Source of the DNA: Bacilli bacterium
Lineage (GTDB): Bacteria > Bacillota_I > Bacilli_A > RF39 > UBA660
Direction of reading: 5' to 3'
Assembly (NCBI GenBank): GCA_045545595.1
Contig: JAZQBG010000019.1
Location: 1 to 22,136, forward strand
DNA: 22,136 nt
Made by a program: the position numbers and the translations under genes. Below the pieces are notes generated by a model. The model saw only the letters and a list, made by a program, of their open reading frames with translations. It was not told where the DNA came from and searched no databases. Below, in pieces: positions 6,673-13,516 of this stretch. Every line of letters begins with the position of its first letter. Position 1 is the first letter of the stretch.

Positions 6673-7257
6673 CTAATGTTTTGTATTCCATCTTTTATCA
6701 TCACTTTTCTTCCAAGCAATAGTTAAATTGATTGCTTCAGCAACTTGCATAGAAATTTGTTTATATTGTTTTTTTAATATACAAGAAGAATTAAAGGCAA
6801 GTAATGAAATATACCCTAATAGTTTTAGTTTTACTATAGCCTGTTTTTGTAATTCTTCTCTTCTTAATTTGTTATCTGTTGAGTCTATCCTTATATAATT
6901 AGCTTGCAATAAATATTCTAATGTATCTATACAATAGTTTTGCATACGATTAACAAATACTCCTCTAAATTTTTTAGGTGACTTTTCTGTAACTGTAATA
7001 ACGTATGCGGCTAATTTCTTTACAACAGTTATTACAACCAATTCATTAGCGTTATATGGTATTTTAGATATTGTTTCTAAATCTTTGTCCTCTTGCATTA
7101 TCACTTCTTTAGTTAATTTTTCATCAAATTTTATGTTATTTGCTGTAGCGATACCTTTTTTAATCTGTACTATATCTTCTACACTATTTGGATTTCTATC
7201 ATGTACATCTATTTGTTTTGGTATTTTCAAATTATTATCTCTACTTACTTGAAACAT
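6673..7257 (-). CDS. avd: Avd-like accessory variability determinant (four-helix-bundle type) with an N-terminal extension
   Basis: 194-aa ORF with AGAGGAG RBS 7 nt upstream. It lies directly upstream of the TR on the same strand. The C-terminal ~125 aa is helical and basic, with the general look of Avd/'23S rRNA-intervening-sequence' family proteins (KKFRGVFVNRMQNYCIDTLEYLLQAN ... AEAINLTIAWKKSDDKR). Assignment rests on position and pattern only. Confidence 0.6.
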   Translation of the reverse strand: MFQVSRDNNLKIPKQIDVHDRNPNSVEDIVQIKKGIATANNIKFDEKLTKEVIMQEDKDLETISKIPYNANELVVITVVKKLAAYVITVTEKSPKKFRGVFVNRMQNYCIDTLEYLLQANYIRIDSTDNKLRREELQKQAIVKLKLLGYISLLAFNSSCILKKQYKQISMQVAEAINLTIAWKKSDDKRWNTKH

Positions 7258-7347
7258 ATATTAACTCCTCTAAATTGTTTGTTTATATAAAACTAATTAA
7301 CAATGTAGTCTATTTTATCATAAAATATTTTGAAAGGAGTAATAAAA

Positions 7348-7608
7348 ATGTATACTGAATATTATGAAACATATCCAACATACACTTATACCAGTTCAGA
7401 AAACCCATCTAACATGACTACATATAGTTATAATCAAAATGATGGTGATAGATTAATTGGTGGATTTGGGGTTCCATTTGTATTAGGCGGGATAACAGGT
7501 GGACTACTTGCACCTGCATTTTATCGTCCATACTATAGACCACCATTCTATGGATCGTATAGACCATATAGACCATATTATAGGCCTCCATTTTATGGAA
7601 GATGGTAA
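7348..7608 (+). CDS. Small Tyr/Pro-rich protein with a central Gly-rich hydrophobic segment and tandem YRPYYRPPFYG repeats
   Basis: The ORF track starts at TTG 7330. ATG 7348 is preferred because AAAGGAG lies 8 nt upstream. The two repeat units differ only by synonymous changes, and a rho-independent terminator follows. Confidence 0.65.
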   Translation: MYTEYYETYPTYTYTSSENPSNMTTYSYNQNDGDRLIGGFGVPFVLGGITGGLLAPAFYRPYYRPPFYGSYRPYRPYYRPPFYGRW

Positions 7609-7632
7609 AACAGAGAAATTCTCTGTTTTTAA
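7608..7632 (+). terminator. Rho-independent terminator
   Basis: AACAGAG-AAATT-CTCTGTT hairpin followed by a T run, immediately after the stop at 7606-7608. Confidence 0.7.
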
Positions 7633-7697
7633 TTTTAATAAATTGAAATATAAATGATTATAATGTATAATATGTCTACAACGAAAGAAGGTAAAAC

Positions 7698-8438
7698 ATG
7701 AAAAGATTATATGAACAAGTACCTATAGATACTTGGAAGAGGATTGCAGACAGAGTTAAAAGATTAAATATAAATGGTTATACAAGCGATGAATTTAATT
7801 CAAATTTGAAGATATTACAAAATTTATTGTCGGATTTAGATTTATCATTAGAAGAAGGAAAGAAAGAACCAAAAATTGACGATCAAATTGGATTATCATC
7901 ATTACTATCTTCTATTTATTGTACAAGTATTATTCCAGAAAGTTCTATACAAGACTTTTGCGAATATATTTATGCATTAGATGATTTAGGTGTAGAAAAC
8001 ATAACATATAGACCAGTTAATTTTCCTAATAAAATTAATACAAAATTAGAGTATAGCGATGATTATGTACATATGCAAAAACTTATAAGTAAATGTTATA
8101 CAGATGGAAAGTTTAAATTATCAAGACCAGATATAATTAGTTATTGTGATTATAATCGATATTTAATTACAAATATAAAAGATGCTTCATATATATTAAT
8201 CACTAAAATTTCTCATCAAAGACCATATGCATTAAAAGAACCACAAGTATTAGAATCTGAAATTGTAATTAAAAACTTTAAAGGTAATTTACCAGATAAA
8301 AAAGAATTAATAAATATAGAATTCCCAAAATTAAAAATTCATTCTAGAAAAATTAGTTGGGGCGAAAGTCCAGAATATAGTCAAATATTTAATGAATATA
8401 TTAATGAAGATATAATTGTTAAAAAACTAAAAAAATAG
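7698..8438 (+). CDS. Hypothetical protein
   Basis: 246-aa ORF with GAAGGT RBS and a terminator downstream. I recognise no motifs. Confidence 0.6.
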   Translation: MKRLYEQVPIDTWKRIADRVKRLNINGYTSDEFNSNLKILQNLLSDLDLSLEEGKKEPKIDDQIGLSSLLSSIYCTSIIPESSIQDFCEYIYALDDLGVENITYRPVNFPNKINTKLEYSDDYVHMQKLISKCYTDGKFKLSRPDIISYCDYNRYLITNIKDASYILITKISHQRPYALKEPQVLESEIVIKNFKGNLPDKKELINIEFPKLKIHSRKISWGESPEYSQIFNEYINEDIIVKKLKK

Positions 8439-8440
8439 CA

Positions 8441-8474
8441 ATAAGCCATCAGTTTAACCTGATGGCTTATTTTA
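8441..8474. terminator. Bidirectional rho-independent terminator
   Basis: Perfect 12-bp stem ATAAGCCATCAG / CTGATGGCTTAT with a 6-nt loop. T runs follow on both strands. It lies between convergent ORFs. Confidence 0.8.
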
Positions 8475-8484
8475 AATATATAAA

Positions 8485-8643
8485 TTATTGTGAAACACTT
8501 ATTTCATTTAACATTTGTTCTTTTATTTTATCAATATCAGTAAAGAAAAGGTTAATACCTCGTTTCTTCATTTCTAACATATTATTAAAATTATCTAATA
8601 TTTGATCTTTTATATGGTATATATAACCGGTTTGTACTTTCAT
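8485..8643 (-). CDS. 52-aa ORF downstream of the tandem RNA repeats (MKVQTGYIYHIKDQILDNFNNMLEMKKRGINLFFTDIDKIKEQMLNEISVSQ)
   Basis: Below the ORF track size cutoff. AAGAGGA RBS lies 7 nt before ATG 8643, and the ORF ends just before the bidirectional terminator. Function unknown. The N-terminus is vaguely reminiscent of ToxN/AbiQ-type toxin N-termini, from memory only. Confidence 0.45.
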   Translation of the reverse strand: MKVQTGYIYHIKDQILDNFNNMLEMKKRGINLFFTDIDKIKEQMLNEISVSQ

Positions 8644-8675
8644 ATCATCATCCTCTTATATAAAAAGTATAACAA

Positions 8676-8714
8676 AATTGAAAAGAAAACTCTATTCAAA
8701 AGAATAAAGTTTTC
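8676..8714 (-). terminator. Rho-independent terminator (minus strand) between the repeat array and the 52-aa ORF
   Basis: 13-bp stem (8685-8697 / 8702-8714, with one G-U pair on the minus strand), a 4-nt loop, and a U run (UUUUCAAUU) following on the minus strand only. Confidence 0.75.
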
Positions 8715-8717
8715 AAA

Positions 8718-8815
8718 CATTTTCGTTCGGGATAATTTATTACTCGCACCACCCGAGAGCGAGAAACATTGTCGACCGGAATAACTTATTACTCGCACCA
8801 TCCGGGAGCGAGAAA
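8718..8815 (-). repeat. Two tandem 49-nt repeats, each predicted to form an H-type pseudoknot (structured RNA; type III antitoxin-like or tandem aptamer)
   Basis: Period is exactly 49 nt (the AAACATT motif recurs with its C at 8718, 8767 and 8816). 42 of 49 positions are identical. Stem 1 is CUCGC/GCGAG in both copies. Stem 2 is UCGGG/CCCGA in one copy and CCGGA/UCCGG in the other, i.e. two compensatory base-pair changes. The stems are interleaved in the order S1-5', S2-5', S1-3', S2-3'. Confidence 0.7.
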
Positions 8816-8835
8816 CATTTACAAATTGTGCATTT

Positions 8836-8864
8836 AATAATGCAATAATAATGCGAAAAGTCAA
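8836..8864 (-). promoter_or_regulatory. Candidate sigma-A promoter for the repeat array
   Basis: Minus strand: TTGACT (8864-8859), a 17-nt spacer ending in TGC, then ATTATT (8841-8836). The -35 element is good, the -10 is weak, and there is a TGn-like extension. Confidence 0.35.
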
Positions 8865-8874
8865 TTAATATTAA

Positions 8875-9642
8875 CTACTTAGCTAAAAAATATGCGTAAT
8901 TTCTATCTATATATTTAAATACTACGTTGAGTACAATTATTGAGATAAACATCAATTCTATATTTAAGAACATTGATAGTACTCCAACTACAATTCCAAA
9001 TATAATTTGTATAAATGCAGTATTAGGAGTTGATTTAAATTCTGGAATTACAAATAAACATAAAAACAGTAATATATAATCAATATTATCAAAAGACATA
9101 TTAAACAACATTTTAATAATAATGAATATTATACTAGCAATACTTATTCTAAACTTTGTTGACCTATTTGTAATAAGAGTAATTATTGAAACAAACAATA
9201 AAAAAGAATAAATAAATATATTATAATTACCAAATACTAAACTATTAGTTGTAAATATCATAAATAAATATATTACTAAACTAGAAATTGTATATATATT
9301 AATTTCATTATAGAATTTCGATATTAATACTACTCCAATATTCACAAATAACAATAGTAAATATGGAATATTTAATGGTGTTATAAAGACTACAATAATA
9401 CTAAAAATTAAATCTTTGTAATAATCGTTAATATTAATTTTATTAGTTTTAATATAATCAAATATTATACTTGTAAATAAACTTGCTACAATTGAAATAA
9501 TAAACAAAACTATACTATTTAATTCACCAATGTAACATCTATAAATCATAAATGGAATTAGTGTTAAAAAATTTGTTAGGATTATCTTTTGAGCATTATT
9601 CTTATCTTTTATGAAAGGCCCATTATTTACTATAAATTCCAC
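8875..9642 (-). CDS. Polytopic membrane protein, possibly RnfD/NqrB-like (short)
   Basis: 255-aa, very hydrophobic ORF. Its GTG start shares one nucleotide with the TAG stop of the upstream RnfC-like gene. The N-terminus NGPFIKDKNNAQKIILTNFLTLIP resembles the RnfD N-terminal pattern, but the protein is shorter than typical RnfD. Confidence 0.5.
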   Translation of the reverse strand: MEFIVNNGPFIKDKNNAQKIILTNFLTLIPFMIYRCYIGELNSIVLFIISIVASLFTSIIFDYIKTNKININDYYKDLIFSIIVVFITPLNIPYLLLLFVNIGVVLISKFYNEINIYTISSLVIYLFMIFTTNSLVFGNYNIFIYSFLLFVSIITLITNRSTKFRISIASIIFIIIKMLFNMSFDNIDYILLFLCLFVIPEFKSTPNTAFIQIIFGIVVGVLSMFLNIELMFISIIVLNVVFKYIDRNYAYFLAK

Positions 9643-10904
9643 TATAAATCACCATCCTTCTTCTTAGAATTAACAATTTCTCTTAAATCAATTTTTGAAG
9701 GACAAATGTATGAACATAAACCACAGTTTACACATTTATTTGGATTTAGTTTTTCCAGCATTTTAGTATTATCTGTATTTCTAATTAATATTGGTGATAA
9801 ACGAACAGGACAAACATTTACACATTTACCACAGTTAATACAATCTATTTCATTATATGATTCACAATCTAATGCCACTATACCAGATAATTTTTTATTA
9901 ATAACTACATCATCACTATCTAATGCATTACCAATCATTGGACCATTAGAAATTAGTGCTAGTCTTTTCTTAGTGTAATCACCAATATAATTTATTATAT
10001 CTTTAACTAGAGTTCCATCTTTAACAAGAATATTTTGAGGATTTTTAATATTTTCTCCACTAACAGTTATAACTCTTTCAATAACTGGTTTTCTGTATTT
10101 TAATACCCTATATATTTCATAAATTGTAGATATATTATTTACAATTATACATTTTTCAATAGGATTATTTTTAATGTCTATATTATATAAATATTTAATT
10201 AATGATTTTTCATATCCAATAGGATATATATCTGGTACTGTTTTAATTCTTATTTTAGGATAAGAACCAATATATTCGATTAAGTCATTCATTGCACTTT
10301 GATTATAATCTTTAAGAGCAATAACACACTCTTCAATTTCAAATATTTCCATCAAAGAATCTATTGTTTCTAAAATTTCAGGAGTATGTAAATTAAGAAT
10401 TGTGTAGTCTGAAGTTAAATATGGTTCACTTTCTATAGCATTGACAACTAATTTTTTAATTTTTAACTCCATACCATATTTATAATAAGTAGGATAATCA
10501 TTCCCACTCATACCTACTACACCACAGTTTTTAAATAGTTCTACAACTTCTTCTTTAGTGTATTGGTTTATCTTTTTCTTAGCACCTAATTTTTCTTTTT
10601 CTTTTTCTCTAAAATCATTTTCTATTTTAATTGTTTTAACTTTTTTATTATCTATATATGTTTTATCTACAAATTCTTTTACTATGCCACTGACACTACT
10701 AAATATCGGAAAATTATATTTGTCATTTGAACGTGCAACAATTTGATTTTTATATACGTAGTCTCCTTCTTTTACTAGAATTTGACAATTATTATTTTTA
10801 TACGTAACAAGCGGGATGTATATATAATCTACTTTTTCCATTGTAGATACTTCTCTTTTTAAAGAAATATTTTTATTATTAATTATTTTTTTACCTCTTA
10901 TCAT
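9642..10904 (-). CDS. RnfC-like iron-sulfur protein (two 4Fe-4S ferredoxin motifs) with a degenerate nucleotide-binding motif
   Basis: ATG 10904 (MIRGKK...) is preferred over the track's TTG at 10919 because GGGAGGG lies 6 nt upstream. Has an RnfC-type N-terminal barrel region (VSGIVKEF), SGNDYPTYYKY where GGAGFPTHVK is expected, ESEPYLTSD where ECEPYLT is expected, and CINCGKCVNVCP plus CVNCGLCSYICP. Confidence 0.7.
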   Translation of the reverse strand: MIRGKKIINNKNISLKREVSTMEKVDYIYIPLVTYKNNNCQILVKEGDYVYKNQIVARSNDKYNFPIFSSVSGIVKEFVDKTYIDNKKVKTIKIENDFREKEKEKLGAKKKINQYTKEEVVELFKNCGVVGMSGNDYPTYYKYGMELKIKKLVVNAIESEPYLTSDYTILNLHTPEILETIDSLMEIFEIEECVIALKDYNQSAMNDLIEYIGSYPKIRIKTVPDIYPIGYEKSLIKYLYNIDIKNNPIEKCIIVNNISTIYEIYRVLKYRKPVIERVITVSGENIKNPQNILVKDGTLVKDIINYIGDYTKKRLALISNGPMIGNALDSDDVVINKKLSGIVALDCESYNEIDCINCGKCVNVCPVRLSPILIRNTDNTKMLEKLNPNKCVNCGLCSYICPSKIDLREIVNSKKKDGDL

Positions 10905-10944
10905 ATACAACCCTCCCAATAATCCAATTATACAATGTTTTTTG

Positions 10945-10976
10945 ACAAAAGAAAAGAGATTTAAAATAAATCTCTT
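10945..10976 (-). terminator. Rho-independent terminator after yqeH
   Basis: 9-bp stem AAGAGATTT / AAATCTCTT overlapping the stop codon, with a U-rich tract downstream on the minus strand. Confidence 0.6.
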
Positions 10977-11994
10977 ATACCATTGCGTCTCTTTTTATAA
11001 CACTAACACCTTTAGGGGCTAAAATATCTATTCTACCAGGAGTAGTTATTTTAATATAACCTAACCCATTAATAACTATGTCTTCTCTACCTTCCACTTC
11101 AAAAGCATGAGTAACCAAATCTTCATATTTTTCAACATGTGTATCAATATTTACTTGCTTTATCTTAAGACCAGGTGCCATATAAATAGTAAAACTATTT
11201 CTTGGACCATTTAGATAGTTAATTCGTGCAAATTTATCAAGTTCTATAGATTTTTTAGATCTAATTTGATAAGTAATTGGTTTAATTTCTTTTTTAGGAG
11301 TTATCTTTTTCAAATCTTTAAAATCAATAAAATTAATTATACTAGTTTCATCTACAATACCAGGAGTATCAATTAAAGTTAAGTCTTCATCAAGTTCTAC
11401 ATTTATTTGATTTAGTGTTGTAGAAGGCATTAAACTTGCAGTTATATTACTTGTTGTAGTTGAATAATTTTTAACTAACTTATTAACTAATGTAGATTTA
11501 CCAGCATTAGTGCTACCTACTACATATACTTTTTTACTCTTTTGATGTTTCTTAATTTTGTTGTATAGTTCATCAAGTCCTTCATTATTCATCGCACTAA
11601 CAATTATTGTATCAACTATATTATGTTTCTCATTTAATGATTTAATATAATCAATTAATTTATTATTATTAATTGACTTTGGCATTACATCTCTTTTAGT
11701 TATTACAAGTATAGTATCATTACTTAAATATTTATGTATGATTTCAATGTTATTAGATAGTGTAAATAAATCAACTACATATAATACTAAATCATTGGTA
11801 TTATTTATACTTTTTACTATATCGATAAAATCATCATTTTTTTTCTTTATTTCATAATATTCACCGTAATATTTCATTCTAAAACAACGTTTACATATTA
11901 ATGAACTATTATAGTCTTTCTCATCTACATATCCTTCTAGTTCTGGATTATCATACTGCATCACACTTCCGCATCCAAGACACTTTTTAGTCAT
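10975..11994 (-). CDS. yqeH: Ribosome biogenesis GTPase YqeH (circularly permuted GTPase with N-terminal zinc ribbon)
   Basis: ATG 11994 with AAGAGG 8 nt upstream (the track start at 12012 is TTG). Has CLGCG...CKRCF, then a TKRD (G4) motif preceding GSTNAGKSTLVNKL (G1), which is the permuted order. It is adjacent to yqeG, as in Bacillus. Confidence 0.88.
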   Translation of the reverse strand: MTKKCLGCGSVMQYDNPELEGYVDEKDYNSSLICKRCFRMKYYGEYYEIKKKNDDFIDIVKSINNTNDLVLYVVDLFTLSNNIEIIHKYLSNDTILVITKRDVMPKSINNNKLIDYIKSLNEKHNIVDTIIVSAMNNEGLDELYNKIKKHQKSKKVYVVGSTNAGKSTLVNKLVKNYSTTTSNITASLMPSTTLNQINVELDEDLTLIDTPGIVDETSIINFIDFKDLKKITPKKEIKPITYQIRSKKSIELDKFARINYLNGPRNSFTIYMAPGLKIKQVNIDTHVEKYEDLVTHAFEVEGREDIVINGLGYIKITTPGRIDILAPKGVSVIKRDAMV

Positions 11995-12508
11995 AGTATT
12001 TACCTCTTTCAAACAATCCTCTTTTATTTAGTTTCTTTTCTATTATTTTTTCTAACTTTCTATTAAATTTTGTAACAGTAATATCGTTTTTACTAATTGG
12101 GTTAACAAGTATTGTTGTTATGCCTATTCTATTTCCACCAAATATATCAGTTAGCAATTGATCACCAATAATAGCAGTTTCACTTAAGTCAAATTTATAT
12201 TCTTTTAATATTTTTAAAAACTTAGTTTTAACTGGTTTCATAGAAGAAGCACTACAGTCTACTACTAATTCATCTTTAAATGGTGTTAGTCTCTTTCTAG
12301 GACTATTAGACATAATTATAACTTTAAAATCTAGTTCTTTTAAGTTATCAAATAAATCTCTAATTTTTTTATTAGGCTTTTTAACATTTGGTGGAACTAT
12401 GGTATTATCCAAATCAAATAATAAACATTTAATTCCATCCTCTTTTAACTTCATATAATCAACTTGATAAATGTTTTTATAATATCTATCTGGTAAGAAA
12501 ATATCCAT
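11987..12508 (-). CDS. yqeG: YqeG-family HAD-IIIA phosphatase
   Basis: 173 aa with LLFDLDNTIVP (DxDxT), IIMSNS and IIGDQLLTDIFGGNRIG. Shows the conserved yqeG-yqeH synteny and an 8-nt overlap with yqeH. Confidence 0.85.
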   Translation of the reverse strand: MDIFLPDRYYKNIYQVDYMKLKEDGIKCLLFDLDNTIVPPNVKKPNKKIRDLFDNLKELDFKVIIMSNSPRKRLTPFKDELVVDCSASSMKPVKTKFLKILKEYKFDLSETAIIGDQLLTDIFGGNRIGITTILVNPISKNDITVTKFNRKLEKIIEKKLNKRGLFERGKYYD

Positions 12509-12590
12509 AATTTCACCTTCCTTTTATCATTATACTATAAATTTGCACTTTTAAAACAAAAAATATATCTTTAAACGATATATTTTTAAA

Positions 12591-13439
12591 CTATTTATTT
12601 TTAAATTTAGAAATGTCAAATAATTTCTTTGCTTTTTGCTTTTGTTCTTGTTTTGATTTAATATAATCACCATGAAGTTTTAGTGCAACACTCTCTAGAG
12701 TTTTAAGGATTTCTTCTGAATGATATTTATTTAACTTAGATGCAAACTCTTTATAAATTATAGCGTATTTATCTATTTCACTAGCTAATCTTTCAACCCT
12801 ATTCAAATCAATAGTTGGTATTTTAATACTATTGATTAATTGTTTTTGTTGTTCATTATCTATAATGAGATTGTCATTTTTAAACGAATTAACAAAATTA
12901 TTAAAATCAGATATTAGTTTTTTATAACCATTTTTAACAGGTATACATATATAATCATTTTCTAAAGTTATAATACTCTTTTCACAATCAAATCTTTTAA
13001 TATATAAAAGTTTTTCATTTGTTTCAAGATTTTTAGTAAATACAATATCATCATTTGGTGATATACAAACTCCATTTTTAACATTATAGGTAATATTATG
13101 ATCGCTTTTATTAGTTATTTTGGTAGATGTAATTTCATATGTATGCCCATTTTCATTTTTATAATTTATTACATCCCAAGGTAAGTCAACTAAATTATGA
13201 GTTAATTTATATGGCTTTCCGTTATTTTCAAAATTAATCTTTTCATATAATTTAATATAGTCAAAACATGAATATGTTATTTCATCATAATTTTTACCAT
13301 TTAGTATAATATTAATTATTCTCAAATCTTTATTATCTGACCATACAGAACCTACTTCAACACTTCCTATTTTAGTTTCTACTTTATAATTTCCTTCTGG
13401 CAGATTACAAAGCAATACTGCAATATCCTTCATTTCCAT
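12591..13439 (-). CDS. Hypothetical protein
   Basis: 282-aa ORF with AAGGAG RBS 8 nt upstream. No recognisable motifs. The C-terminus looks like a coiled coil. Confidence 0.6.
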   Translation of the reverse strand: MEMKDIAVLLCNLPEGNYKVETKIGSVEVGSVWSDNKDLRIINIILNGKNYDEITYSCFDYIKLYEKINFENNGKPYKLTHNLVDLPWDVINYKNENGHTYEITSTKITNKSDHNITYNVKNGVCISPNDDIVFTKNLETNEKLLYIKRFDCEKSIITLENDYICIPVKNGYKKLISDFNNFVNSFKNDNLIIDNEQQKQLINSIKIPTIDLNRVERLASEIDKYAIIYKEFASKLNKYHSEEILKTLESVALKLHGDYIKSKQEQKQKAKKLFDISKFKNK

Positions 13440-13478
13440 CTATATCACTCCTTAGGTATTTATTCTATCACAAAATAA

Positions 13479-13516
13479 CAAAAAAGCACACACTTTTTTA
13501 ATTGTTTACTGTGTGC
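13479..13516 (-). terminator. Probable rho-independent terminator after the deacetylase gene
   Basis: 7-bp stem GCACACA / TGTGTGC overlapping the stop codon, followed by a U run on the minus strand. The loop is rather large (17 nt). Confidence 0.4.

Noticed and set aside
8718-8815. CRISPR array
   Set aside because: There are only two units, directly abutting with no spacers, and no cas genes nearby.
8602-8864. Track ORFs 8602-8784 (+) and 8640-8864 (-)
   Set aside because: They run through the tandem repeats and the terminator hairpin and lack an RBS. The repeat covariation indicates an RNA element rather than coding sequence.
9589-10746. Plus-strand ORFs 9589-9978 and 10558-10746
   Set aside because: They are antisense to the RnfC-like gene, which has clear Fe-S motifs.
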